DNA of 64,000 nucleotides from assembly GCA_951406725.2 (NCBI GenBank), contig OX597825.1, positions 63,488,001-63,552,000 of the forward strand, read 5' to 3'. Within the stretch, counting starts at the first letter, position 1, and the number at the start of each line of letters is the position of its first letter. This DNA comes from Octopus vulgaris. Its lineage: Eukaryota. A model generated the notes under the pieces. It saw only the letters and a program-made list of their open reading frames with translations, made no database searches and had not been told where the DNA came from. Of this stretch, positions 26,768-40,451 are shown piece after piece. The position numbers were made by a program, and so were the translations under genes.

Positions 26768-26987
26768 ACTTCATATTGACATTTCTGTGATAACGGTCCC
26801 TATTGATCATTTTTTTTCCTTTTCCTTTCCCCCTCTTTTTTTATCCCCCCCCTTTTTGTCCTCTTTCTTTCCTTTAACGATCCCTTTTGATCGAAAACCA
26901 AACCCCCTTTTGTTACCCCCAAAAGAAAAGCTCTACCTTGTAATTTGTCCTGTCTGTGTGCAGCCCTGTGTGGCTAATAAAGAAACA
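26768..26987 (+). mobile_element. LINE 3' UTR fragment (possibly Tx1/L1-like) inserted in (TATC)n
   Basis: Pyrimidine-rich UTR ending ...TGTGGCTAATAAAGAAACA, with TATC repeats on both sides. Confidence 0.5.
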
Positions 26988-27036
<49 letters not shown>

Positions 27037-27040
27037 GTCC

Positions 27041-27074
<34 letters not shown>

Positions 27075-27197
27075 ATATCTATCTTTATATCTATCTATCT
27101 ATCTATCTATCTATCTACCTATCTTTCGATCTATCTATATTTCTCTCTCTCTCTATCTATCTATCAATCTATCCATCAATCCATCTATCTGTCTATC

Positions 27198-27247
<50 letters not shown>

Positions 27248-27248
27248 A

Positions 27249-27287
<39 letters not shown>

Positions 27288-27669
27288 ATCTGAATGTTTG
27301 TTTGTCTCTCTGTCTGTCCGTCCGTCCGTTTATCTGTCTGTATACATACATATATAGGTGTGTGTGTGTGTGTGTGTGTGTGCTAGAAAAGAGATAACGT
27401 AGTGATGCTGATTATGAGAGACACAATACGCCCAAGTTAAATCTCTCACTGAAATTCTCTGCAATTAAACGCAGTTAAGTTTCTCATATGTAATAATCTT
27501 CTGATAGCAACGAATTGTTGCTTGTATATTTGTAATTCGAAAAATCAAAAAAAAAAAAAAAAGAAAAAAATGTGATTGACAATGTTTTGTCTGCTAATTG
27601 CAAGGAAATACCAGTCAATCATATGATTCCTGTTCTTAATATTACAGATGCAAGAAAGCGTCGAGCAAA

Positions 27670-27880
27670 TAGAATTGTTAGCACGTCTGTGGCAAAATTC
27701 TTAGCCTGTCTTTCCGCCAGAACTTACATTCTATGTTCAAATTCTGCCGAGGTCGACTTTGCCTTTTATCATTTCGAGTTTGATAAAATAAGTACCAGTT
27801 AATCACAGTGGCAGAGTCAATGTAATCGATTTATTCCTTCTCCCCGAAATTGCTGGCTTTGTGCCAAAATTTGAAACTAA
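27670..27880 (+). mobile_element. SINE family B copy
   Basis: GTTCAAATTCTGCCGAGGTCGACTTTGCCTTT...AAGTACCAG. Other copies at 30950-31142(-), 31945-32148(-), 32760-32910(-), 35610-35730(-), 35740-35875(+), 35891-36085(+), 46088-46260(+), 62005-62180(+). Confidence 0.8.
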
Positions 27881-28168
27881 TAATACATACGGAAGATCCT
27901 TTATGTTCTTACATGTTCTAGAAGTATTTCGATACCGATTAAATTGATGTTCTACACGTTATTCGTGCACCTTAGGAAATCCACACTATAAGATAGTAGC
28001 ATGGAGAACATTCCAGATTTTCGAATTTCTAGGAAAGTACTACTGAGCATGAGGATTAGGGCAGAGCCTGGGTTATTCAGCTCAACAGGAATGATGAGAA
28101 GATGAGCAGTGTGTGCATCTAGAACGCCTGATTGAGGTTTGGCATGAACGTATGTTGCAGTATCATTT

Positions 28169-29009
28169 TTGCTAAGAGTGCACTTGAGGACAAGATGGTG
28201 GGGAATGTCTGTGAAGAAAAATAATTTATTTAAAATGCAGGACATCCCTGAGATATGTAGTGCCGAAAAACTCTGTTCTGTAGAATATTTCATTACCTAT
28301 TGCAAAAGTGATGCAAAACTGAAAGCAGGTATTTTCACTGGACACGAGGTCAGAGGTAAACTGAATCCAGTCGAGCTGATGGCAAAGGATTCTTTCGTGT
28401 TAGTTGTACAGAACTTTCTTGGAAACCATAGAGCTGAAAACTATGCTGGTTTAACAAAACAACATGCTAACAACGTGTTAAAGAATGGTATGCTGAATGT
28501 CCCTTAAAATACACGTCTTTCATTCTCATTTCAACTTTTTTCCAACGAATCTTGGTATCGTTAATTATAAGCATGGTGAAAGATTTCACCAGGACATACC
28601 TGGGACGGAAACAAGGTATCAAGGCCGGTTCCATCTATACGTAATGGGGGGGGGGGCTACTGCTGGTTCCTATAATGGCAGATCAGCGCGAGGCATTAGT
28701 GCAAGAGCAAGTGTCTCAAAAATTTCTGAGCTGAGCATATAAAAAATAAAGTGTACCATCAAATTATAATACTATTTGCCTTGGACATAAATATATACTA
28801 ATATATTATTATAATAGTTATTTACCTTGAACTAGATTATTCCTGATACTAATATAGAATTAATAAATAATTATGTGCATAATTCAAAATCCTGACCTAC
28901 TACCACAATTCTGAGTTCAGAGTCAGGATCAGCGTACTCCATTTAACACCATTTGTACTGCACCATTTGTCTGCTGAGCAGACAATAATTTTTTCCTTGT
29001 TGCCAAGTG
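28169..29009 (+). mobile_element. Chapaev3 (CMC superfamily) transposon remnant
   Basis: SDAKLKAGIFTG...FLGNHRAENY...MSLKIHVFHSHFNFFPTNLG...HGERFHQDI..ETRYQGR; ends ...TTGCCAAGTG (CAC-type terminus). Confidence 0.85.
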
Positions 29010-29093
29010 TTTTCAAAGTATATTTAAACATATAAGAGTTATTTCCGTATTTGCCAAAATGAACATATAAGATTGATTGTATTCCTACTTATC

Positions 29094-29240
29094 CGAGTGC
29101 TTGTTTAACGGATCATTGACTGAAGTAGCATTTCTAGAACATAATACCCTATTAGCAACTGAAGTATTTTCAGTAATAGATTTAAAGATTGTAATCTTCG
29201 AAGCTGTTCAGCTCAAGAGGTTTGCAGTTGGATACGTACC
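29094..29240 (-). pseudogene. Cadherin-like exon remnant
   Basis: YPTANLLS*...KSITENTSVANRV resembles PTxIxLS...SIxENxxxGxxV. Confidence 0.35.
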
Positions 29241-29553
29241 AAAAACACACCAAAAGTAATAACGAATTACAAATTAACTATTCAGTATATATTATGTTCA
29301 ACAGATGGTATTTGGTTGAGAATTTCGGTCTTCAATCACGTCACCTTACATTTGATCATATTGCTTAATACATTGAGGAATTGTATTCAGTTGTGTCTGC
29401 TGTAGTTTGGATTTGACCAATACTATGAGAGTAGAATTCCGTAAGCGGAGAATGTGATCATGCTTCTTGCTGCAACACAAACACGCATTTATACACAAAT
29501 ACATACATGCATTCATAGATACATGCATACATACATTTGGTACTCTCGAATCT

Positions 29554-29594
29554 ACTCACCTGAAGATGTGCAGGTACACAGCTAAGTGTTGAGT
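29554..29594 (+). ncRNA. Degenerate type I hammerhead motif
   Basis: ACTCA/TGAGT stem I, CTGAAGA and TGTG/CACA stem II are present, but GAAA is reduced to G; flanked by (TACA)n. Confidence 0.4.
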
Positions 29595-29756
29595 CATATC
29601 AATGTAATAACATATATAATATATGAAATACACAACCATTAACATCTGATACTAATTGTAGTGATTTGGATTAAAGCCTCATCATCCCATCTCCTTATAT
29701 TAAAATACGTACAAACATACATACATGCATACATACATACATACATACATATATAC

Positions 29757-29787
<31 letters not shown>

Positions 29788-31154
29788 CGACGGGATTCTA
29801 TCACTTGACACTTGCCCAAGGTACCACGCAGTGGGACTGAACCCGGAACCATGCGGTTGGTAAGCAAGCTAGTTACCACATAGCTACTCCTACGCCTATG
29901 TGCATGTATATGTCACCCCCAACGCATATATATATATATATACACAACGCACACACATAGATAGAAATGTAAAGCAAAGACATTCGATAGAAAAATTGAT
30001 CAATAAAATATGTTATAAAATAGAAAAAGGTACGGTGTGTGGCACTTCGAAAATAGCCACCATCAAATGACCAAATGCACTAAAAGAATAAAAGAAAAGA
30101 TGATATGTGTCTATCAGTTGTTAGGTTTATAGATAAAATTTGCTGCCAGCTTCCAGTCGTATATTCGGATATTATTTTATACGTCTTGGTGCATGTACAA
30201 CCCAGTGTCATATCAATATTTTACTTGTGAGAAATTAGGCACTGATACAGATTCAGTGGAGATTTAACCCTATGAACCCTGAGGATTTTAGGGGACCCGT
30301 GAGCCTGGTGAGGAGTTCTTAGGATATCTTCCGCTTTATTTATGAACCACTGATGCTAATGTACTCAACACATGGCAACATATGTGCATTTCTAAAATGT
30401 GGCTGACGTCAACATTTTCCTGATGACGCCATCATTTTTAACCTGTTGCGTTATATTTTAGTACTGCTATAGTATTCAAAATTATGGTTGGTGGAAGACA
30501 TCGATGACTTATGTTTGACACATTTAGAATGACGTAAGAGTTAGTGTGTATTATGGGCTACGTAGTAGGGCTGTAATAGAAGGTGAGAGGAAGGGTTGAT
30601 AGTGTTTTGGATACATATATAGCTATACTTAAATACGATCTATTGTAAAATACAATTACTGTGCCTTAAAGCTGTGTTGTCTCTATTCTTAATAGTAACA
30701 TTAAGTTTTCTTAACTGAAGTGAGAATTTTGCTTCCCTGATCCAGTCTCATTGCACAGTACTTCGCATAATTTTCTGCTACTATGCTTTCTTAAGTTCCT
30801 TCATAAGATGTTGTGCAGTCACACACACACGCACTCATACATATACGTGGACGTTTCTGAGCCCATATTTTGGCATTTGATAAGTATTGTTTTTCACTTA
30901 CATTATTACAAGTAAACATATACAGCTATGGGGTATTATTAGCTTGAAAGCTTGACACAAGGCCAATAGTTTCAAGAAGGGGTTAAGTGGAATCCAGAAT
31001 CCTATAAATACTTATGTAACCAACCACAAAAGGACGAAAGGTATAATCGACCTCGGCAGCTTTGAACACAGAACGTAAAGACGGACGAAATGCTACTTAG
31101 CATTTTATCCGGCACAGTAACAATTCTGCCAGCTCACCGCTTTGCTGTAGAGTA

Positions 31155-31426
31155 ATATTGCCTTGTTTGGAAGCATTTGAGTGCATGTGATAGTAGTGGC
31201 ATTCGGACGTAGAAAATTTGCCTCAAGGAAATCTCTCCCACAGGATATCGTGGACAACTCATACAAAGCGATGAAGAAAGCAGAAACACCATGGAAATGT
31301 TTCTTCATCGCTTGAATTTTAAAATACGATACACAAATAAGCGTAAGAAACCATCCTTCAAATCCGTACAAGACAACCATCCTTCACAAACAATTTATAC
31401 ACAAATCTCATTTATTTACTCGTCGA
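31155..31426 (-). pseudogene. EGF-like exon remnant
   Basis: Acceptor ttattccAG; DE*INEICV*IVCEGWLSCTDLKDGFLRL resembles Ca-binding EGF xINECxxxxCxxxxxCxDxxDGFxC. Confidence 0.5.
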
Positions 31427-32231
31427 CTGGAATAATAGCTCTCTATGTCTCACCATATTTTCTGCTTTTCGTACAACGGCCAAAACAAATTTCCGAAAAA
31501 CATGTTTTGCAAATTTTTCTCTACATCTGTATTGTTTACAACAATGAAGTGCTTCAATTAATTCTATTAAACCATGCTGCCAAATCGAGTCATTCTTAAT
31601 CTATCCTCGGATTATAGTGATGGTAAGAGGATTAAAAGAATATGATAGTAATTTATCACATATTTCTATAAATCTACTGGTGTATATTTCTGTTTGTACA
31701 CGATATTATTTAGCTGGTACTTGCTTCGTTATGTTACAGATTAGGCAAACGAATCTAGTCCTGTCCAAATTTGCGATTAGGATAAATAGATGAAATCCTG
31801 TTATTTCAGTGAACGGAAAATTTAGCAACTGATCAACAAAGGGAGTTAATTATAACTGAAATTTGGACTGATTCATGTAGTTTTCTACCTGACAGGAGGA
31901 TTATGAAACACTACTGTTTAATCATGGTGCCTGATATTGATTTGAAATTTTGGCACGAGGCCAGCAAGTTCGAGTTAGGAGATAAATCGATTTCATCGAC
32001 CTCAGTTTACAACCTGCAATTATTTTATCGACCTCGATAGGATGAAAGGCAAAGTCAATCTTGTATTTGAACACAGATCGGGAAGACGGATGAAATGCCT
32101 CTAAGCATTTTTCCCGGCGTGCTAACAGATTTGCCAGTTCACCGCCTTCATCATGGGGCCTAATATTAATATCAAAACTGAAAAAGATGCTATATATGCG
32201 TTTACTAAAAAATATACTCCCGTAAATATTG

Positions 32232-32268
<37 letters not shown>

Positions 32269-32920
32269 TTCTGAATGTTACTGAATAGTTGAACTACATG
32301 TTTTTCGCAAATTTAGAAATTCGTTGCATTCACTGTGGAGTACATTTAGTAAACAATATTAATTCGTTGCTGGCGAAATTTTCCGTTTTCATTTGCAACA
32401 GTCCTTCACTCTCTGTGGCCTCTATTTTCGTTACTGATAATTTAATATAATTTCATTTCAATGTTTACATTTTAAGGTTGGATTCGCTGTTTGCAAAACC
32501 AACAGTTTATACCATATGCGTAATATGAAAATAAATTACTTATCGAATGAATGAATGCTACTAGACAAATAGCTGTACAACTTACAGGGTTGTTTTTGAT
32601 AATGTTTTTGATAACATTTTAAAAATTTAATACCCAGGTATAATTCTTTTAAAAAAACTTACGTGGTGATTTTGTTGGTATGGATGTAATAACTGTGTGA
32701 TCACTGCCATTTTTAGCATGCTAAACCTTGAAGTTTGTTTAAATTACAGATATATTCCTTTTAACTCTAGGCACAATGCCCAGAATTTTCGAGGTGGGGG
32801 TCATTCGTTTAGATCAACACCAGTATGCAACTGGTACTTAATTTATCGACACCAAGAGGATGAAAGGCAAAGTCGACCTCGGTGCAATTGAGCTCAGAAT
32901 GTAAAAACAGAGAAACTATC

Positions 32921-33140
32921 TATTTCTTTACTACCCACAAGGGGCTAAACACAGAGGGGACAAACAAGGACAGACAAACGGATTAAGTCGATTATATCGG
33001 CCCCAGTGCGTAACTGGTACTTATTTAATCGACCCAGAAAGGATGAAAGGCAAAGTCGACCTCAGCGAAATTTGAACTAAGAACGTAGCGGCAGACGAAA
33101 TTTCACCCAGCGTTCTAACGTTTCTGCCAACTCGCCGCCT
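32921..33140 (-). mobile_element. SINE family B, near full length
   Basis: GGCGGCGAGTTGGCAGAA (A box)...AGTTCAAATT (B box)...GCCTTTCATCCTTTCTGGGTCGAT (Meta-domain-like)...tail TGTGGGTAGTAAAGAAA. Confidence 0.85.
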
Positions 33141-33647
33141 TAATATCACAACTACGATAAATTACTGAAAGAAATACTCACTAATCAAGTGAATGTCTTC
33201 CTAAATTGAAGTTTTCAAGAATATTTGCTTTCTGAACTTCCTTTTATTATTGAATATTTCAAGTTCACAAATTTAAATATTCGGTACAAGATAGTTTCTA
33301 ACGAGCTTTTATTTAAAGATTTTTTCATTTCATGTTCATTTCATCCAGGTTTTGCAATGTTATCTCCTTCTCTCTCTCTTTCTCTCTCTCTATCTCTCTC
33401 TATCTATCTATCTCTATCTCTCTCACACACAAACACACAATGTATCTGTAATACAAACACACACACTCCAGGTATAACCAGTAGAAAACCGCCCAGTGGG
33501 TGAGCTGTCTGCAAGTATATATATGCATACATAAACACACATACACATATATACATATGTATGCTTGTATGTGTGTATATGTGTGTGTGTGTGTGCGAGT
33601 GAATTTGTACATTATTTCTGTAGCCAATATGCGAATATTTATATACG

Positions 33648-33698
<51 letters not shown>

Positions 33699-33708
33699 AC
33701 ATATATAT

Positions 33709-33770
<62 letters not shown>

Positions 33771-33879
33771 AAGAATGAGTGAGAGATAAATAGATAGGTA
33801 GAAAGCTAGATAGATTGATATAGCTAGATATAGATATGTAGATATATGCATACAGACTTGCGCACACATTAATGTGTTT

Positions 33880-34209
33880 TAATGTGCAACTGTGTGAGCG
33901 ACTGTAGACTATTTTATATTTATGCCTGAAATAATGTGTAATAAAATAAAGCTGCATCGTGATACTTATGATGAAATATGCTTGTACAGCTAGAGGGGAA
34001 ATTTTCTGATCCATTAACAAATCAAATAAAGACTTATGGCTGAAATTTTTATCAGCAAATGAATAACACGAAGGAATATAACCGATTATAAGGTTTCTGC
34101 TGGAATATCTATGTTGTCTAAAGTGTTTCATGCATCGATCTAAGCACGGGTAGAGTAGCTGTAGAAATAAGTCTACGTATATCTCCACTGTAATTCTGTT
34201 GCTAATCAT
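33880..34209 (-). pseudogene. Cadherin-like exon remnant (non-repetitive part of ORF 33400-34209)
   Basis: ITVEIYVD...RYSSRNLIIGYI...YFIISITMQLYFITHYFRHKYKI follows cadherin spacing. Confidence 0.35.
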
Positions 34210-34982
34210 TGGGATTTGATAGCTGCGTCATATCCCTGTGATAGTTACTCACGCAAGTCAGTAAATGAAGGAGTCCCTAAGTGTTAGCAGACCTACTAGA
34301 AATTGCAGTTAAACACCATTGAAATTACTGAAGACTAATGCTCCAGAATAAAGATATTCGACTGGGGTATTATTGTACTTTCTGTAAATATTTTCAAGAT
34401 TAATATTGCAGCAGACAAAGTTTAGTTCGATCTAAAATATTCACTACTTCTCTATTCAAGTGAAAATATACCAATATTAAACCAAATCCTCTCGTAAAGT
34501 GAAACATGTCTTTTCCCTCCTTTAATCGCCAGTCAATCTTTTCCCTGTAGATCTAGGATCGATGGCGTTCTATAACTGGCAAGCAATGGTTTCCGTTTTG
34601 TTACATCATATTCAAATCTTCCTGGTTCACTACTGACCTTTGAACGAGAAAAAGTGCAATAAACTCTACAAGTCTAAGGGACTCCTCCCGAAATATTAGA
34701 TGCAAAATTGATTTACACATACCTACAAATATGCGATCGTCTTAATCTAACGTATAAGTTAGAGTAACATGATCTTACTTGGTGATCTTGCAATGATCTT
34801 GTCTTGTAGTTTGTAGCTCAGCAACAAATACATGAATTGTCCTTGACATTTATATGTGGCCATAGAAAAGATATTTCTTAATCAGATGGTTTCATGGATA
34901 TTGTAGAGTGACGTTTAAGCACATTAAAATGACATGGAAAGCAGAATACTTCGACATTGCTGTAGATGTTTTACCTTATAGA

Positions 34983-35410
34983 TTAATAGACTTAAGTGTT
35001 ACCACTAATAAAAATATATCCATCAGGGAATTTGACAAACTAAGCAAATACAAGATCCCGGAAATTGAAATACAATAGATGTGGCATCTTAAAACGAGAA
35101 CTGTTCCTGTTATAATAGATACCCTAGGTATGATAAAAATGGGATAACAGAAATATCTTGATAAGATCCCAGGAGAACCATGTCTTAGAGAAATCCAAAA
35201 GATTGCACTGACAAGTTCAGCCCACATCCTTAGAAAAATCCTTTCCATTTAAATGTCTGTCTGGTATTATATGAAGATAGTTCATCACTTCTCCTCCCCA
35301 TGCTTTCAGTCATACTGTGACTTCTCTTATCCTTCACTCGCCCCAGGACACTGGGTGCATCACGGGAAGTGACTATAACAAACATACAAATTAAAAGCAA
35401 TAAACAAATA
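34983..35410 (+). mobile_element. 5'-truncated R4/Dong-like LINE (RLE C-terminus, 3' UTR, (TAA)n)
   Basis: 34983-35252 reads LIDLSV..NKNISIREFDKLSKYK..EIEIQ*MWHLKTRTVPVIIDTLG...EIQKIALTSSAHILRKIL*, followed by the UTR and (AAT)n. Confidence 0.9.
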
Positions 35411-35417
35411 AATAATG

Positions 35418-35566
<149 letters not shown>

Positions 35567-36176
35567 CATTATTTATTATTATTATTATGATGCTGATGAT
35601 GGTTTCATATTTTCTCACAAGGGCAGAAACCTTTAGGGAGGGGATCAGTCGATTACATCGACCCAAGTGATTCACTGGTACTTATGTCATCGATCCCGAG
35701 TGGATTAAAGGCAAAGTCAAAACCTGGTTGAATTTATGTCCTGAATTCAAAATTGATTTTCCCTTTCACCCTTTCGAGGTCGACAAATTAAGTACCAGTG
35801 AAAAACTAGGGTCAATGAAATCAACTAGTACTCCTTCCAAAATTTCAAGCCTTGTGCCTTTAGTAGAAAGGATTGTAATCATTGTTGTTAAGGCAGCGGG
35901 CTGGCAGAATCGTTAGCACACCGGGCAAAATGCATAACGGTATATATTCCGTCTTCAGGTTGTGAGTTTAAATTCCTTCGAGGTCGACTTTACCTTTCGT
36001 CATCTCGGGGTCAATCAAAGAATTACTAATTTTGCACTGGGGTTGATGTAAACGCCTAACCTCAAAAATTTCAGGCCATATTCCTGCAATTGCAATGATC
36101 ATATGTACTATTACTACACACACACACACACACACACACACCCGCATATATATACATATATAAATAGATGTGTGTA

Positions 36177-36250
36177 TTTTTCCTGTGATATCTTCGAAAC
36201 ATGTGTCGGACGTAAAATAATTCGAATAATATGCGTGTTTAACTCCATTT
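36177..36250 (+). ncRNA. Deleted paralog of the 39889 hammerhead cassette
   Basis: CTG-TGA...TTCGAAACATGTGTCG, with the same downstream sequence (gcgt..taactccattt) as 39957-40010. Confidence 0.6.
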
Positions 36251-36270
36251 ATATACATATATACATACAC

Positions 36271-36315
<45 letters not shown>

Positions 36316-36659
36316 TGTATATATATATATATATATATATACATATATGTATATGTGTGCGTTTTCGTACCCTACGATACACTATGTTTACGATTTTGGT
36401 AGAAATCTGGTTGGGTATCATTATAGTTAGTTATTAAATTCATAGTCAGTGGTTTCTCACGAATTCAGTAAAGAATTTTGTATCATTTTGACTCAAGTTA
36501 ATATTATGTTGCAAGCATCTTAGTTCTATTCACCTAAAAATTTGATTTTGATTTTATCTCAGACCGTGTGATGTAAATTAAGTAATTTTGTTGTGTGACG
36601 ACATGTCTAAGCAGCTAAAAGTCAGACAAAAATTTTAAATCCTATTTTCATTATTTATT

Positions 36660-37065
36660 GAAGTGTCATGATTGTCGTCACGCTATTGTAAACTTGGTCA
36701 CTGATTCAGTTCCAATGCAGATGGCACCACTGACAATGGGAAGTTTGACACATGAATAATTAAACGAAGAGTGAATTTCAAAGTTTTTGTGAGCTTTTAC
36801 ATGTTTAAGCTATTCGTCAACGTCGTTAGCTGTGTCATATATCATAGTAGCATGTATGTTTATGCAATAAGACTGCAGAAAGGCAGATAGAGGTGATGGT
36901 GGTATTAATGTTAATCACTTGCCTAGCTTCCAAGCGTACATATAGAAAATGCAACTGTATCAACATGTTTGGCTTTGAATTTGATTTTCCCGAAAAGTTT
37001 ATCATTTGTAGTATGGCACCGAATGACTCCGCTTTCACACGCAACACATTCGATTCTAGGAACCT
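36660..37065 (-). pseudogene. Cadherin-repeat exon remnant (about 1.5 repeats)
   Basis: Acceptor tcacAG. Three frameshifted segments read ESGVIRCHTTNDKL..KIKFKAKHVD, VININTTITSICLS and TANDVDE*...NFEI...VSGAICIGTESVTKFTI. Confidence 0.55.
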
Positions 37066-38417
37066 CTGTGACGTGAATTACGCTTCACTATGTTTATATT
37101 ATAATGTTTCCTAAGTTTTACGGAACGACAGAAGAGGACGCTCTACGGGGGGAAAAAAGCACTAGTAAGATCGTGGTATTTAGTTGTGTCTATAAAATCT
37201 TGCATCGAATGATTTGATATTCGTCTCACTGTGGATAAATAAAATTGGTACCAGACGTGTACTGGAGCTGAGTTAGCGTTCTAATACTTATTACCTACAT
37301 TTTTTCTATCTTCTACCACTCTGAAGAATCAATGTTCAAATCTTTTTCTTTCTCGTGTGATTCTACATTCACTGGATTTTATATTCTTAGCTCAGTTGAC
37401 AACATTACACGATTTTTCAATTTATTGTTTGTTTTTTCTTTAATTTACTTCAAAAATATTTTTCATTTCCATCTTCGCATACGCTTTTATAATATATCGC
37501 TTACAAATTCAAATTTCACTTCTCCTCACTCTATTTCTCTCCCTCCTTCTCTCTCTCTCTCACCATTAGGTTTATATTATTTTACTTGGTTATTTTATAT
37601 TTTTATTCTCAAACTTATTCATTCCCTACTTCCCTGCAATTGCTTACACGCAGATTAAGCTTGTTGAATATTTCCAATATTCTATTTCCTTGCGTCAAAC
37701 AGCGAGCTTCAGTGGACAATAATGTAAAGTGGAAAAATAAAACAAAACAAAAAAATACCGCAAGATTAAGTGAACACAACCTACTCCAAGACAGAAATGC
37801 AACAACTATTACTGCAATGCATCGACGCTAGCACAACCGACATCACACACAAAAAAAAATAACAGCAAAAACAGTTATAAGAGTAGCACAACAAAGATTA
37901 TAAAAGGATTGATTAGTTTTATTGTGAAACATTCAAACATGCTGAGGTTGTGAAAAACTACAAAACTTTACGACTACAGCAACAGGAATCCACAAACGAT
38001 GTCGACGAGGACAGCACCGGCGGCGGTGGTGAGAGCAACAACAAATGCTACTACTGCTGCAATCACCGAAATAACAACAGCTACAATAGCTTCATCAATA
38101 ATAACAACCAAAACCAAAGCAGCAAGAAGCAGAAGTAAATAACAGAAACATTCTAAATCAAAAGTCATCAGATAGAATGTATTTACGTTGTATAAGGAGA
38201 AGTCGTATGCGCTAAGTGAATGTAAGTGAAACATTATATAAGAAATAGGTAAATAGAAACAGAATAAGGAAACACTAAACTATAATAAATATAAAACAAC
38301 ATAGAACGGTCAGGATATGACTGTTAATAGGAATAAATCAAGAGTTTGTAAGCAATTCCAAGTAATTTTAAAATCTCCATGTTAGTACGTGTATGATTGT
38401 ACAAATATATATATATG

Positions 38418-38523
<106 letters not shown>

Positions 38524-39249
38524 TATACATATATATATGTATATGCATGTGTATATATATATATATGCACATATATATATGTGTGTGTGTATATGTATAT
38601 GTATGCATATATATATATATACATTAATATACACACACGTGTATGTGTACGTGTGCGTTTGTGTGTGTGCGTGTTGCATACGCACATACACATGTGTGTA
38701 TGTGCTTGTACACGTATAAGAAATCCACTTTGAAAACAAAAGTGACAGAAAAAATTTTTGTCCTACAGGATGTATATATACAGGTAAATTAAGCAGCCAA
38801 ACCACTATCGCTAATTACCGCATCATTAAACTTATCGAATTTCACCCTATTTTTCTTGGCTTCCATTACGTTTACTAATTCACAAAGAAACGGAAAATGT
38901 TGGTCGTTTTATTTAGTTTTCGAATAATTCATTTTATTTTATTACATTTTATATCAGTTTATTTTGTTTTATTTTATTGTATTTCATATAACTCCATATA
39001 TTTAGCTTAGATCACAATTTAGTTTCTTAGAATTGATTCTCGCAGACAATTAGAGTGATAAGATGGATAAGATTTATAATCATTATTTTTGCTTTTTATA
39101 TACATGGGTCTCTTAGTAAATGCTATTTGGACTGCTGCAGAGAATATATTGAATCCAGTGTGTTTCTGAAATGGTGCCTTTAGGTACCAGGAATATAATG
39201 ATGGAAAATGAAATCCGCGGCATGCGAATATACATCTCAGACTATTAAC

Positions 39250-39420
39250 GAACACGATTGTTTTTGTTCTACAAATCACTCCATCAAACACTTCCTTGTC
39301 TTCGGCCTGACCTTGCACTATGGGAGCACCACAATTAGACTTTGCCCAGAACAGCGCTACATCTTGAACTCATACATCGCTTCGACTTATCACCCACTCC
39401 CTCTTGTCACAGCTTCAACC
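39250..39420 (+). mobile_element. Penelope-like GIY-YIG C-terminal fragment
   Basis: FCSTNHSIKHFLVFGLTLHYGSTTIRLCPEQRYI resembles HFxxxxHS...VxGL....G....R...EQxxI. Confidence 0.65.
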
Positions 39421-39888
39421 ATCCTTTTCCATTTCTATTGTTATAATTTAATTTTTGATTTTTTAAATCTTTAGCTTTTTTCCTTTATTTTATATTTTAC
39501 TTTTTGACTTTCATATGTTTCCTGATGTTTTATAATTTTCCGATTTGCCTACATATATACATATACATACATACATATATATACTTATAGATACATACAT
39601 ATATATACATATACATACATCACGGTTATAGAGCGAGCATACAGATGTAAGCATTGGGTAAAACATACATTTAGTGCATATAAGTAGTCTCTATCATTAT
39701 ATATAATTTAAACTTTAATTTCCTTTACATTTAACATTCACTATTAATATCCCTACTCTTTCTGTTAGCTACTTATGACGTTATATGATATAACGTTTTT
39801 TTAAACAATATTAATAGCGTTCTGTCTATCGCTATACGAATCCATCATTTTTTGCTAAAATGTCTTATTGACGAATTACATTTTTTTC

Positions 39889-39974
39889 ACTTTCCTGAGG
39901 AGAAGATTGCATTGTTTATACCATTTATTCTTTTGAATAGTATCAGTGGAATTTTCGAAACATGTGTCGAAAGT
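39889..39974 (+). ncRNA. Canonical type I hammerhead ribozyme
   Basis: Stem I ACTTTC/GAAAGT; CTGAGGA 39895-901; stem II GAAGATT/AATTTTC with extension; GAAA 39957-60; stem III ACA-TG-TGT; GUC cleavage after 39968. Confidence 0.85.
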
Positions 39975-40012
39975 AAAAATATTTGATTACACCTGCGTTA
40001 ACTCCATTTTTA

Positions 40013-40064
<52 letters not shown>

Positions 40065-40298
40065 GCATTAAATCTAAAGGTTTTGAAGGAAAAAAGACCA
40101 GACCGTTTCATGTGCTCTCTCACTCATCGGAAAAATATCACTCACAATAACAGAAAAGCTTATAAACTATTAAAAATCTTCATCCACTCTTCTATTCCTT
40201 AGTAAACTCTCTCGCTCTTTCTGTCTCTTAGTAAGCATCTGTAGGTGGCAACATGAAATTCTCCAGTCAAAATAATCCCACATATATTTTATCCTGTG

Positions 40299-40339
<41 letters not shown>

Positions 40340-40360
40340 CTGTGTGTGTGTATGTGTGTA

Positions 40361-40451
<91 letters not shown>

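Noticed and set aside
34501-34510. GAAACATGTC half-motif
   Set aside because: No upstream CUGANGA and no stem I.
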